Source: Methanosuratincola petrocarbonis
Lineage (GTDB): Archaea; Thermoproteota; Methanomethylicia; Methanomethylicales; Methanomethylicaceae
Reading direction: 5' to 3'
DNA: 64,000 bases
Assembly (NCBI GenBank): GCA_030522375.1
Contig: CP130488.1
Location: 1,335,929-1,399,928 of the forward strand
Positions 29,281 to 39,604 of the stretch are shown one piece after another (position 1 is the first letter of the stretch; every line of letters begins with the position of its first letter). Under the pieces are notes generated by a model. It was not told the DNA's origin. It saw only the letters and a program-made list of their open reading frames with translations, and ran no database searches. A program made the translations under genes and the position numbers.

Positions 29281-31287
29281 TCACCTTACTTGTGAACCTG
29301 ACGGGACGACCCTGTCGGGGCTCAACAGAGCTACCTTCTCCCCAGCATCCGCTGCAAGTATCATTATTTCTGATTTGAATCCGAAGAGCGTTGCGGGCTG
29401 TATGTTCATTAATACTGCAACCCTCTTGTGCAGAAGCTCGTCTGGCGCATAGTACTTGGCTATTCCTGCTACGCAGGATCTGATTCCGAACTCGCCCAGG
29501 TCTATCTCCAAGTGTAGCAGATCTCTAGATCCCTTGATCCTCTCGGCTGCAACGATCTCACCAATACCTATCTTGGACTTCTTGAACTCTTCCATCGAGA
29601 TCCTTTCGCCGACGTCTTTGTGCGGCAGGAGGGTTTCCCTTATCCTCTGGACATCCTGCGGCGCAATCTTCTTGAAGAGAGGCGAAGGCTTCCCTATCTT
29701 ATGGCCTTGAGGCAAAGGCGAGCTGGCTTCGCCCCATGGGAGGCGCTCAACATCAGATGTGAGACCGAGCATCTCCCATATCTTCCTAGAGGTGGACGGC
29801 ATGAACGGGAATATCATGCTTCCGATTGCCTTGACGAGCTGTACCGAGGTGTAGAGCGTTGCGGCAGCCCGCTCTGGGGAGGACTTGATCGTTGCCCAGG
29901 GTGCGGAGTCGTTCAGGTACTTGTTCCCATCCCTTGCCAGGTTCATTACTGAGAGGAGGGCGTCACGGAACCGCTTTTCCTCGAGAAGCGAGGCGACCTC
30001 TTCAACTGCTTTCCTGATCAGCCTCAACATCCGCTCATCATTTTCGTCGAGCCTGGCCTCAGGGACTGCAGAGCCGAAGAAGCGCTCGATAAAGGTCAGT
30101 GTCCTGTGCACGAAATTGCCGAGGACGTCCGCGAGCTCGTCGTTGTAGCGTTTCACAAAATCGTCGATAGAAAAGTCTGCGTCCCTGTCGAGGGGGGCGA
30201 CTGAGATGAGGTAGTAGCGCATCGGGTCGGCATCGAATGCCTTCAGGTAGTTTTCGATGCTAACATACCACCCCCTGCTCTTCGACATCTTCTTCCCCTC
30301 GAGGGTCAGGTACTCGCCGGCTACTACTGCCTCCGGGATGTTGAACTCGCCGGTCCCCATAAGCATGGCAGGCCAGAATATTGCGTGGTGGTAGATGATG
30401 TCCTTGCCTATGAAGTGCACTATCCTGCCATCGCCCTGCCAGTACCTTTTCCACCTGTCTTGGTCTGGAACATCCTTATTCATGAAGCAGGCCTTTGTAG
30501 ACGAGATGTAGCCTATCGGCGCGTCGAACCAGACATAGACAACCTTCCCTTCGCCGCCCTCCGCGGGTAGCGGGACGCCCCAAGACATGTCTCTGGTGAT
30601 GTCCCAGTCATGTAGACCCTCGTTGATCCACTGGAGCGCGTATTTTCGCACATTCTCTGGGATCTTGCTGTTGCCCTCCAGCCATTTCCTAAGCTTATCC
30701 TCGAATGCGGTAAGCCTAAAGAACCAGTGCTTTGTCTTTGAGGGCTCCGGCTTTGTCCCGCATATCGCGCACCGGGGATCCTTGAGCTCGTTCACCCTTA
30801 GGTACCTGCCGCATGAATCGCAGGAGTCGCCCCTCGCCCCCTCGTACCCGCAGAAGGGGCATATCCCCTCCACATAGCGGTCAGGGAGGTATTTGCTGCA
30901 TTTCGGACATTGGAGCAGGTCGATCTCCTGCTCGTAGATATACCCTTTCTCGAGGAGGGTCCTGAAGAAGTGCTGCGTCATTTCGTAATGGATCCTCTCG
31001 GTTGTGCGGGAGAAGTAATCAAAGCTGCAGCCCATCCTCTCCAAGTCGCCCTTAATCAATGGGAAATACCGGTCAGTGATCTCCTTCGGGTGCACGTGTT
31101 CTTTTTCTGCCCGGAGGGCAATTGGTGTGCCGTGCTCGTCTGTGGCACAAATAAAGACAACATCTTCACCCTTCCTCCTCAAATATCTGACGAAAACGTC
31201 AGGCGGGAGATAAGTCGATCGGAGGTGCCCCAAGTGCAGGCGATCGTTGCTATATGGCAGGGCAGAGGTGACTACTATAGGCGCCAT
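29281..31287 (-). CDS. metG: Methionyl-tRNA synthetase
   Basis: SALPY..HLGH, Zn knuckles, KMSKS, C-terminal tRNA-binding domain. Confidence 0.97.
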   Translation of the reverse strand: MAPIVVTSALPYSNDRLHLGHLRSTYLPPDVFVRYLRRKGEDVVFICATDEHGTPIALRAEKEHVHPKEITDRYFPLIKGDLERMGCSFDYFSRTTERIHYEMTQHFFRTLLEKGYIYEQEIDLLQCPKCSKYLPDRYVEGICPFCGYEGARGDSCDSCGRYLRVNELKDPRCAICGTKPEPSKTKHWFFRLTAFEDKLRKWLEGNSKIPENVRKYALQWINEGLHDWDITRDMSWGVPLPAEGGEGKVVYVWFDAPIGYISSTKACFMNKDVPDQDRWKRYWQGDGRIVHFIGKDIIYHHAIFWPAMLMGTGEFNIPEAVVAGEYLTLEGKKMSKSRGWYVSIENYLKAFDADPMRYYLISVAPLDRDADFSIDDFVKRYNDELADVLGNFVHRTLTFIERFFGSAVPEARLDENDERMLRLIRKAVEEVASLLEEKRFRDALLSVMNLARDGNKYLNDSAPWATIKSSPERAAATLYTSVQLVKAIGSMIFPFMPSTSRKIWEMLGLTSDVERLPWGEASSPLPQGHKIGKPSPLFKKIAPQDVQRIRETLLPHKDVGERISMEEFKKSKIGIGEIVAAERIKGSRDLLHLEIDLGEFGIRSCVAGIAKYYAPDELLHKRVAVLMNIQPATLFGFKSEIMILAADAGEKVALLSPDRVVPSGSQVR

Positions 31288-31456
31288 AGCTACCACTCTT
31301 TTAACCAATATATTCACTTTTGCTTATTATTTAATGTGTCTAGACTATCAAGGATCGGGCGCGGGGCATCCATCTCTAAGGCGACTGCGCATGCTGGTTT
31401 TTTGATCTATACTATAAGGATTTATAGCGGTTGCATGTTTCCATATTTGAGTGATA

Positions 31457-31873
31457 ATGATGTCTTACGATTATGAGGCGCTGCTTCAGAGGGGGTTCTC
31501 AAAGATACCCGAGAAGGCCTTCAAGTCCACCAAGTACGAGACCCCCAAGGCAGAGGTGGCGGTAATCGGATCAAAGACGCTCATAAACAATTTCAAAGAT
31601 ATTGCCTCGAGGCTCAACAGAAGCCCTAACCACGTGCTCAAGTTTATAGTCAGAGAACTTGCGACCTCCGGCACCATGGAGGACGCCAGGGCATCGCTGA
31701 ATGGTAAGTTCTCTAAAGAGGTCATCGATGAACTGATTGTAAGGTACATCAAGGCGTATGTCCTCTGCAGCTCCTGCAATAAGCCAGACACGAAACTGGT
31801 CAAGGAGGATAGGCTGACGTTCATTGTCTGCGAAGTCTGTGGTGCAAAGAACCCAGCCAAGACGCTGATATGA
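31457..31873 (+). CDS. Translation initiation factor aIF-2 beta
   Basis: T.INNF..IA..LNR, C..C.KPDT, C.VCGA. Confidence 0.93.
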   Translation: MMSYDYEALLQRGFSKIPEKAFKSTKYETPKAEVAVIGSKTLINNFKDIASRLNRSPNHVLKFIVRELATSGTMEDARASLNGKFSKEVIDELIVRYIKAYVLCSSCNKPDTKLVKEDRLTFIVCEVCGAKNPAKTLI

Positions 31874-31882
31874 GGGGCTCAC

Positions 31883-32191
31883 ATGAAAGAGGAAAAGCTT
31901 CTTGTGAAGGTATGGGCAATACGCGAAGGAGAAGTGATGGTAGCAGTCTGTGACCCCCATCTCCTTGGGAAGAAGTTCTCTGAAGGGCAGCTGCTCCTCG
32001 ATGTAAATGAGGCTTTCTATAAGGGGGAGCTCGTTTCGGCAGAGGCAGCCATAGACTACCTTAGGAGAGCCACAGTGGCAAACTTGGTCGGCGAAGTGGC
32101 GGTACGGTGCGGCAAGGAAGCAGGACTGATACATGAAGATGGCGTAATGACTGTGAATGGGGTACCACATGCCCAATTCGTTCTGATATGA
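31883..32191 (+). CDS. DUF424 family protein
   Basis: VAVCD..LLGK, FYKG, ANLVG, GVPHAQ. Confidence 0.88.
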   Translation: MKEEKLLVKVWAIREGEVMVAVCDPHLLGKKFSEGQLLLDVNEAFYKGELVSAEAAIDYLRRATVANLVGEVAVRCGKEAGLIHEDGVMTVNGVPHAQFVLI

Positions 32192-33297
32192 GGGGCGCTG
32201 GGATGGGGCGCTTTTGTGCCAAGTGCGGATCCGAGTCGGGCGCATATATCCGAGGGCTGTGTGGCGAGTGCTACTGGAAAGAAGTGGACTTGGAGATGCC
32301 TTCGGACATATCCGTGACCATGTGCCCAGAATGCCGATCTTACCTCCAGGGCAAGAGATGGGTGGAGAGAGACGAGATTTCGGACGATGACTTCAAGTCG
32401 GTCGCTGCGGCTGAGACCGAGTTCCTTAGACAGAAAAAATTGCCGGAAGGGGTAACGCTAGAAGGGACGAGCGGAGAGGTCCTCGACAGAGACGACAACG
32501 GTCTGCCCAAGGCAATAATGCTGAACCTGGAGCTCAAAGAGAGGACTACGGGTACAAAACACAAAACATCGGTGCTAGTTTCGATCGATTACGCGACTTG
32601 CGGGGCTTGCATCAAATACGCTAGGAAGGAGCATGAGGCGGTGGTGCAGATCAGGGCAGACGGTAGAGAGCTGGACGCCGAAGACCAGCATCACGTGGAA
32701 CAGGCAATAAACGAGATTTGCCGAAGAGGGGGCGAGAAAAAAAGGGGGGGCATCGTTGAGGCGAAGGAGAAGGAAGGCGGCTACGATATGAAATTCGCCA
32801 CGCTAGCGACAGCCAGGGTTTTCGCAAGAAGGCTTCGCGAGGATTACGGTGCAACCATTCAGGAGAGCCCCAAACTAGTTGGCGTGGATAGGAGGACTGG
32901 CGGGAGAGTGTACAAGAATACGATCAGCATCAAAATGCCGAGGCTCAGGATTGGTGACCTTGTCTCGCTCCGGGATAACGTGTACTTGCTCACCGGGTTT
33001 GACCGCGGCAGGGCAGTAATAAAAGACCTAAGGAGCAGGGAACACAGAACCCTTGGTTTAGATGAGCATACAAAACTTGAGAAGCTAACCGAGGACGAGA
33101 TCAAGAGGGTCAGGTTGGACGGAAGGACGAGCACCCACGTGGATTTTTACAGCTTGAAGGAATCCAACTTCATTGAAGTGCCCCCGGAGATTGTTCCTCC
33201 CGAGATGAGGATTGGGGAGGAGGGCCTTTTGATAAGGCACTCCGGCAAGGAGGCAGTATACAGGATTTCGAGGCGGGAAAGCCCAGATATGGGTTGA
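32188..33297 (+). CDS. NMD3 family ribosome biogenesis protein
   Basis: Four CxxC pairs, EAVVQIR, KLVG.DR.TG..VY. Confidence 0.85.
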   Translation: MRGAGMGRFCAKCGSESGAYIRGLCGECYWKEVDLEMPSDISVTMCPECRSYLQGKRWVERDEISDDDFKSVAAAETEFLRQKKLPEGVTLEGTSGEVLDRDDNGLPKAIMLNLELKERTTGTKHKTSVLVSIDYATCGACIKYARKEHEAVVQIRADGRELDAEDQHHVEQAINEICRRGGEKKRGGIVEAKEKEGGYDMKFATLATARVFARRLREDYGATIQESPKLVGVDRRTGGRVYKNTISIKMPRLRIGDLVSLRDNVYLLTGFDRGRAVIKDLRSREHRTLGLDEHTKLEKLTEDEIKRVRLDGRTSTHVDFYSLKESNFIEVPPEIVPPEMRIGEEGLLIRHSGKEAVYRISRRESPDMG

Positions 33298-33346
33298 GCG
33301 GTTACAACCGTTTTTCTTTTCTACCATTGCTCATCGATATGATTTA

Positions 33347-33436
33347 TGGCGGGCCCGTCGGGATTTGAACCCGAGACCAACGGGTTTCTTCGGTCTCTTA
33401 AAAGCCCGCTGCTCTACCGTACTGAGCTACGGGCCC
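33347..33436 (-). tRNA. tRNA-Lys(UUU) with ~13-nt intron at 37/38
   Basis: GGGCCCG acceptor; GCGGG-CT-TTT-A [AGAGACCGAAGAA] A-CCCGT; GGTTCAAATCC; CCA. Confidence 0.92.
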
Positions 33437-33553
33437 CCTGATGTTAGGGGAAGGGTCGCCTATTAATATTTTTAATCGCATCCTGTTAGGGGTGTGAACT
33501 GAAGAGATTTATTTATTTGAAAGAGAAAACATCTCTTCTCCAAGGCGAAGAAG

Positions 33554-34879
33554 ATGAAGCTTGGCAAACCGAGGGGAACACGCGACTTTTTGCCCGAGGA
33601 GATGAAGATCAGAAGGGAGATCATGGACAGAATAAGGACGATTTTTGAACTGCACGGATTCGAGGAGATGGACACGCCAGCATTGGAACTTTGGGAAGTG
33701 CTGGCAACCAAAGGCGGGGAAGAGGTTGAGAGGCAGATCTACAAGTTCCAAGACAAGGGCGGCAGGTGGCTGGGTTTAAGGTTTGACCTTACGGTTCCCC
33801 TTGCAAGGGTTGTTTCAAACACTCCTAATCTGCCAAAGCCATTCAAACGCTACTGCATTTCAAAGGTTTGGAGGTACGAGGAGCCTCAGAGCGGCAGGTT
33901 TAGGGAATTCGTGCAGGCAGACATCGATATTGTCGGAACCCCCAGAATCGAGGCTGACATGGAATGCCTCTCGACAGCAGTTGACGCGCTCCGAGAACTT
34001 GGCTTGGATGACTTCGAGGTCAAGATCAACAACAGGAAGATCCTAGAGGGGATGATCGAAGTCCTTGGGATTGAAAACAGGATCGCCGAAGGGATATTCC
34101 ATGCACTTGACAGACTCGAGAAGGTAGGGGAAGAGGAGGTCGCAAGAGCCATCGGAGCGCTTGGCGTGGATGAGGAGAAGGTTTCTAGACTGCTCGATTT
34201 TACCAGGTTCAAGGGCGAAGAGGCAATAACGTACGTCGAAAAAGAGTTGAGACCAAGCGGCAAGGCAGTCGAGGGCATAAACGAATTGAAGCGGATGATG
34301 GAGCTCTCCAAGGCGTTTGGTCTGGAAGGGACGATGGTTGTCGACTTCAGCCTTGTCAGGGGGCTCGACTACTACACTGGACCTGTGTTCGAGGTTAAGA
34401 CCAAGAGCAAAGGTATCGGTAGCATTGCGGGGGGCGGGAGATACGACCGCTTGATCGAGAAGTTCGGCGGAATCCCCACGCCTGCCACAGGAATATCGCT
34501 GGGTGTCGAAAGGCTTTATGAAGTCCTTTCGGAAGAATTGAAAGGCTGCGCTGCGCCAACTACGAAAGTCTTTGTCGCGTGCATAGGTGAGGAGAATGTT
34601 CCCCATGCGGTCGGGGTCTGCAGGAAGCTGATCAACCGAAGAATCCCTTCGGAGACGGACCTGATGGGCAGGAAGCTTGGTAGGCAGCTTGAGTATGCCA
34701 ATTCGAAGGGAATACCCTTCGTACTGATTGTTGGACCCGAAGAGATAAAGACCGGTGCATTCAAGCTCAGGGAGATGGTCAGGAAGATAGAGCACCCAGT
34801 TAGGCTGGAAGATGTGCCTGCCCTCATAACTAAGCTTGAGGCCTCATCGCAGCAGCCCCCCAGCCAAGAAGGCCATTAG
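33554..34879 (+). CDS. hisS: Histidyl-tRNA synthetase
   Basis: PRGTRD, LRFDLTVP, RGLDYYTG, GGGRYD. Confidence 0.97.
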   Translation: MKLGKPRGTRDFLPEEMKIRREIMDRIRTIFELHGFEEMDTPALELWEVLATKGGEEVERQIYKFQDKGGRWLGLRFDLTVPLARVVSNTPNLPKPFKRYCISKVWRYEEPQSGRFREFVQADIDIVGTPRIEADMECLSTAVDALRELGLDDFEVKINNRKILEGMIEVLGIENRIAEGIFHALDRLEKVGEEEVARAIGALGVDEEKVSRLLDFTRFKGEEAITYVEKELRPSGKAVEGINELKRMMELSKAFGLEGTMVVDFSLVRGLDYYTGPVFEVKTKSKGIGSIAGGGRYDRLIEKFGGIPTPATGISLGVERLYEVLSEELKGCAAPTTKVFVACIGEENVPHAVGVCRKLINRRIPSETDLMGRKLGRQLEYANSKGIPFVLIVGPEEIKTGAFKLREMVRKIEHPVRLEDVPALITKLEASSQQPPSQEGH

Positions 34880-35713
34880 AGCCAAAATCATCCAGTACCT
34901 AACTTGGGTCTTGACTCTCAATGCCGAGGCTCTTCCGCTTTCCTTGATAATCCTATAGGACGAATAGGAAAACCCCACATCAACAGGCACGACCAGTAAG
35001 ACGTAGGACATGCCGAGCTGTCCAAACACATATGGAAGAGGGGTTATGGCAACTGCAGTGAGATAGAAAAGTGCTGAGACCAAAGCAGCGGTCTTCTCCC
35101 CCCAGACCAAGGCCACTGTCCTGATCCCTCGCAACCTGTCCCCCTCCATGTCTGCTATGCCCTTGGTCACCTCCCTCCCGGTGTTCGCCAGGAACGCAAG
35201 TAGGAAAAAGGTGACGGAGGTAACATTAAATGCACCTAGGACGACTATGCCTCCGTATAGAAAGGGCACCGCCACGCAATAGGAAACCACCAAGTTCCCC
35301 CAGATCCCAGTCTTTTTACCGTAGAGGTTGTACAAGGCGGAAGCCACGAATGTCAGTACCGCAAGGAAGACTGCACTCTCCCTGAATGGGAATGCGGACA
35401 TTATGCCTATTGCGCCGGTCAGCGCGGATATGGCAAGTGCCGAAGCCTTGGAAATTGCGCCAGATGGCAGCGGACGCCCCGGCTGGTTCACCCGATCGAT
35501 CTCCAAATCGACATAGTCATTCATCGCCATTGAGGAGGCGGTAAGGAAAAATGAGACTGAGAAGCCGAGCGCCATCTCGAAAAGGGAAGGGATACTGCCC
35601 AGAACAGCGATCTCGCCTATTATCACCGCTAGCCCCATCATCAGAGAGTTTGTGGGACGTATCAATCGGAGGATCGCAACAGCTGTTTCATAGACTGACT
35701 TCGCTCGTGTCAT
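34844..35713 (-). CDS. Digeranylgeranylglyceryl phosphate synthase (UbiA family)
   Basis: NDYVDLEIDRVN.P.RPLPSG, REVTKGIAD.EGD. Confidence 0.88.
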   Translation of the reverse strand: MTRAKSVYETAVAILRLIRPTNSLMMGLAVIIGEIAVLGSIPSLFEMALGFSVSFFLTASSMAMNDYVDLEIDRVNQPGRPLPSGAISKASALAISALTGAIGIMSAFPFRESAVFLAVLTFVASALYNLYGKKTGIWGNLVVSYCVAVPFLYGGIVVLGAFNVTSVTFFLLAFLANTGREVTKGIADMEGDRLRGIRTVALVWGEKTAALVSALFYLTAVAITPLPYVFGQLGMSYVLLVVPVDVGFSYSSYRIIKESGRASALRVKTQVRYWMILALMAFLAGGLLR

Positions 35714-36224
35714 AGTAAGTGATCTCACCCTGCCTATCAATGACTGCCAAGATAAGGTCTTTCTTTGATAGTTTGGCGGATTCGGATATTGAGGCTATGT
35801 CTGAAACCCTGACTGTCTTCCCTTCGACCAGACCATAGACAAGGTATTTTGCTGGCTCCTTACCCACTGAGGCGCCCCGTTCGTATACCCGATATTCCAA
35901 CTTCGGTCCGAACCCAGGCTTTACTGTGTACCCCCTCTTCCTAAGATCAGAGTACAATAGAAATTTCAGCCAAATCTCTGGCTCGTAGCCCTCAAGCAGT
36001 TTCAAGAGCGATGGGAAGTCTAGGATCCCCCCTTGTTCATCGCACACGGCAATTTTTTCGCGTTCGACGAGGTGCAACATCTCCACATCGCTCAGCTTTA
36101 ACACCCCTTTCTCCATGGTTCCCACGGCACCCTGCTGGTGCAGCCTGTCCGCATCAGGCCCGCTAACAACGCATTGGTTCCCTCTAAGGACGGCTTTGGG
36201 CAGGGGTTCGGGCAATGAGAACAC
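35688..36224 (-). CDS. tRNA splicing endonuclease subunit, probably structural (beta)
   Basis: YSDLRKRGY, YRVYERG, LILAVID..GEITYY; the catalytic His position reads EPAKY. Confidence 0.8.
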   Translation of the reverse strand: MFSLPEPLPKAVLRGNQCVVSGPDADRLHQQGAVGTMEKGVLKLSDVEMLHLVEREKIAVCDEQGGILDFPSLLKLLEGYEPEIWLKFLLYSDLRKRGYTVKPGFGPKLEYRVYERGASVGKEPAKYLVYGLVEGKTVRVSDIASISESAKLSKKDLILAVIDRQGEITYYDTSEVSL

Positions 36225-36256
36225 CTTTAAGACGAAGTAACTCAGAGGTTATCTAT

Positions 36257-36745
36257 ATGCTCTTCGAGGAGTCCCTCACAGAGTTCTTGAAAGGCTGCAA
36301 CCGCCTATTGATCGTTGGGGTAGGAAACAGGATGAGGGGCGACGATGCGGCGGGCTGCTCAGTAGCAAGGATCCTTCGGAGCAGGCTGAAAGGGAAAAGC
36401 AATGTCCTGGTCATTGATTGCGGCGGCGTCCCTGAGAATTTCACTTTGGAGATGAAAAGATTCCAACCTAGCCACATCCTGTTCATTGACGCGGTCGAAA
36501 TGGGGCTAAAACCCGGAGAGGCAAGGCTCGTAGAGGGCGACGAGTTAACAGGGAGATCGCTCTCAACCCACAAACAATCACTGAAGCTCCTATTCTCAGT
36601 ATTGAAGGAGGGGATCCCAGGGGTCAAGATAAGGCTCCTGGGGATCCAGCCGAAAACGATAGATTTCGGAGCCAGGATCAGCTACCAAGTCAGGGCGGGT
36701 GTGAGAGCAGTTGCGGATGGAATAACCAAGTCGTTGGGGGGTTGA
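36257..36745 (+). CDS. Hydrogenase maturation protease (HycI-like)
   Basis: GVGN.MRGDDAAG, VPEN, FIDA, STH, GIQP. Confidence 0.9.
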   Translation: MLFEESLTEFLKGCNRLLIVGVGNRMRGDDAAGCSVARILRSRLKGKSNVLVIDCGGVPENFTLEMKRFQPSHILFIDAVEMGLKPGEARLVEGDELTGRSLSTHKQSLKLLFSVLKEGIPGVKIRLLGIQPKTIDFGARISYQVRAGVRAVADGITKSLGG

Positions 36746-36748
36746 TCC

Positions 36749-37780
36749 TTGATTAGGACGATCGATTGGAAAGATGATGGCGTTTACATAATCGACCAAA
36801 CAGCACTTCCGGACGAGCTGAAGATCATCAGGTGCGAAGACTATGAAAGGATGGCTGAAGCCATCGAGCGCATGGAAATCAGGGGCGCGCCAGCCATTGG
36901 CGTCGCGGCAGCCATGGGCATAGCGCTTGCGGCTAAGAACTGCAATAACGAACGTGAACTGCTGGAAGAGCTAGGGAGGGCATACAAAAGACTTAGGTCT
37001 ACAAGGCCAACCGCCAGGAACCTTTTCTGGGCGTTGGAGAGGATGAGAAAGGTTTGGGAAGACGCGTTAAAGGAGGGCAGCAATGCCCTCAAAGAGAAGG
37101 TCATAAACGAAGCCTTGGCGATTGCAGAAGAGGATGTAGCAGTTTGCAGAGCCATCGGAAAGAATGGATCGGCGTTGATCTCCGATGGGGACGGGGTCCT
37201 TACCTATTGCAATGCCGGAGCACTTGCGTGCGTCGAGCACGGAACGGCACTGGGCGTAATAAGGAGCGCCTATGAGGAAGACAAGAAGTTCGTTGTATAC
37301 TCATGCGAAACGAGGCCCCTGCTCCAAGGCGCCAGGCTGACTGCATTCGAGTTGAAGCATGAGAGGATCCCTTTCAAGCTGATCACTGACAACATGGCAG
37401 CATACATAATGAAGAAGGGCCTCGTGAATAAGGTAATCGTCGGCGCGGATCTGATAACCAGGCATGGGGACGTAGTCAACAAGGTCGGAACTTACGGCTT
37501 AGCTGTACTAGCGAAGCACCACAGCATACCTTTCTATGTGGCGGCACCACTCTCGACAATAGACCTGAATGCAAGGCCAGACAGCGTGATCATAGAAGAG
37601 AGGGCGCCGTCTGAAGTGACCCACATTCGCGGGGTTCGGATTGCACCGGAGGGCACAGAGGTGCTCAATCCAGCCTTCGATCTGACTCCAAACCACTTGG
37701 TATCGGCAATAATAACCGAGAAGGGAGTGTTATGCCCCCCATACGACCTTTCATTCCTTTTCAGGCAAGGTAACAATTGA
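36749..37780 (+). CDS. mtnA: Methylthioribose-1-phosphate isomerase
   Basis: IRGAPAIG, RPTA.NL, CNAGALA, ETRPLLQGARLT, NPAFD.TP. Confidence 0.93.
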   Translation: MIRTIDWKDDGVYIIDQTALPDELKIIRCEDYERMAEAIERMEIRGAPAIGVAAAMGIALAAKNCNNERELLEELGRAYKRLRSTRPTARNLFWALERMRKVWEDALKEGSNALKEKVINEALAIAEEDVAVCRAIGKNGSALISDGDGVLTYCNAGALACVEHGTALGVIRSAYEEDKKFVVYSCETRPLLQGARLTAFELKHERIPFKLITDNMAAYIMKKGLVNKVIVGADLITRHGDVVNKVGTYGLAVLAKHHSIPFYVAAPLSTIDLNARPDSVIIEERAPSEVTHIRGVRIAPEGTEVLNPAFDLTPNHLVSAIITEKGVLCPPYDLSFLFRQGNN

Positions 37781-38488
37781 ATAGACAGGGTAGTTCGCTG
37801 AGTCGTCAATCTCCTTCTTCCATTTTTCTCCGACTGCAATTAAGACAAATACACCTGCGATCTCGGCCTTGCTCCTCTTGACCATGTTTACCAATGCTTT
37901 AAGCTGCTCGCCGGACCGGACAACGTCGTCGGTTATTAGAACGCTGTCTCTCTTCTCGATCCCGTCCTTTGGAAGATAAAGCGAGACCTGGATGCCTGCT
38001 TTTGAGACAGTGTAGGTCTCCTCAATGAAGTTCGATACGCCGATCTCCTTGTCTTTCTTAGCGTACAAAAGCGGGACGCTGAAAGCGGATGCGATGTGGA
38101 CGGCAAGGGGGATGCCATCGACAGCCACTGTGAGCACTTTGCTGACTCTTCTTCCTGCGAGCCTCTGGACCACGTGGTCAGCGACATATCTCAACAGAAG
38201 GGTATCGCCTAGTACCTTCGTGTTGTCCAAGAAGCCCCCCTTATCGAATGAGATCTTGTCCATGATATGGCTGGTGACATCGTACCCCTTCTCCAGTTTA
38301 TCCAGGATCGAGGCGGCTCGCTCAGGACTCGGCAAGATGTGTCCCTTGACGTAACGATTAAGAACGGTTATCGGAATGCCAGTTAGCTTCATCAGCTCTT
38401 GGTACGACTTTACACTCTTTGTGAGCCTCAGAAACTCAACCGCGCGTATCTGGCGCTTGAGATATTCATAGCGAGTCTCAACACTCAT
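37751..38488 (-). CDS. HTH + phosphoribosyltransferase (PurR-like) protein
   Basis: N-terminal HTH (LNRYVKGHILP), VDGIPLA, ITDDVVRSG. Confidence 0.82.
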   Translation of the reverse strand: MSVETRYEYLKRQIRAVEFLRLTKSVKSYQELMKLTGIPITVLNRYVKGHILPSPERAASILDKLEKGYDVTSHIMDKISFDKGGFLDNTKVLGDTLLLRYVADHVVQRLAGRRVSKVLTVAVDGIPLAVHIASAFSVPLLYAKKDKEIGVSNFIEETYTVSKAGIQVSLYLPKDGIEKRDSVLITDDVVRSGEQLKALVNMVKRSKAEIAGVFVLIAVGEKWKKEIDDSANYPVYSIVTLPEKE

Positions 38489-38554
38489 CAGCGCGCATCT
38501 CCATAGACAACATAATTTTAAACGGCAATTGTATTATAAATTTTACATATCTGT

Positions 38555-39001
38555 TTAAAATCTCTTGCTGCCCACTACCCCCCTGCTGTCTTGGTATCTC
38601 CCCGAATATGGGCGCGAAGTAGGGGCGTCTAGCTCATTGAATACGATTTGTACGATGCGCTCACCTTTCGAGATCATTATCCCCCTCCGGCCCAGGTTTG
38701 CAACCGAAATTGTGAGCTGCCCCTTGAACCCTGGGTCGACGAAAGCAAAACTCCCCAAGAGGCCCTCGCGGGCAAAGGAGGATCTTATGAAAAGCTCCCC
38801 TGCGATGGATGGGGGCAGTTCGACTCTCTCGAGCGTATGGACTAGGGTTTGATGACCGCTCGGGATTTCCATATCCAGCCCGGATCTTAAGTCATACCCC
38901 GAAGGAGACAGGGAGTCGCTCGAGAATGGGTCAATTTTCAATATTCCTGCCTCAATATGGCGCAGTATAGAAGCGTCGGACAGTATTGCCAATTGGCTCA
39001 C
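38555..39001 (-). CDS. dcd: dCTP deaminase/dUTPase family
   Basis: YDLR, RSSFAREG, VDPGFKGQLT, Y.GRYQ. Confidence 0.85.
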   Translation of the reverse strand: MSQLAILSDASILRHIEAGILKIDPFSSDSLSPSGYDLRSGLDMEIPSGHQTLVHTLERVELPPSIAGELFIRSSFAREGLLGSFAFVDPGFKGQLTISVANLGRRGIMISKGERIVQIVFNELDAPTSRPYSGRYQDSRGVVGSKRF

Positions 39002-39420
39002 CCCAATTCAAGTCGGAATGGTACTGTGACGCCTTTTTCAGCCAAACTGGAGTCATAACCCCGCCTAGCCTCAAACGGCATTGGCAGCATAGCAACTTCG
39101 CAGAAAATATCAACGATGCCCTTGAGGAGGTGCCCCACCCACGTGCCGCCGTCGTTTCCCAAGGCAACATGGAGATGGACGAAAGGTTCTCCGTTGAGGA
39201 CGGTCACGTTCCCGTTTCCTACAGCCTCCACATGGAGGCTGATTTCTTTTTCTACACCTTTCCTAACTATTAATTTGGAATGCTTCAACGCACCGACGAA
39301 GGAAATAATCACCGCTGAATTAATCCCTTCATCCTTGGCAACAGCCTTTAGCGAAGAGATCACCTCTTCGCCCTCATCAAGCCTAATAATTATCAAGTTT
39401 TCCGCACGGACGGATCTCAA
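38998..39420 (-). CDS. PPC/DUF296 domain protein
   Basis: RLDEGEE, GN......PFVHLH, GHL. Confidence 0.85.
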   Translation of the reverse strand: MRSVRAENLIIIRLDEGEEVISSLKAVAKDEGINSAVIISFVGALKHSKLIVRKGVEKEISLHVEAVGNGNVTVLNGEPFVHLHVALGNDGGTWVGHLLKGIVDIFCEVAMLPMPFEARRGYDSSLAEKGVTVPFRLELG

Positions 39421-39604
39421 GGTTTTCGCCTGTTAGTTTAATTAAACTTCAATTATAAAAGGCGATCCGGTTAAGAGAACCCCATTAAAAGTGGTTTATA
39501 ATTACAGATTATTTTAGTTCATGATAAAAGTTTAAATACCATAAAGTAAGTTTCACTTAAAGCTACGACCATAGGAGAATCAAGTGTAAAATGGAGGATT
39601 AGAA

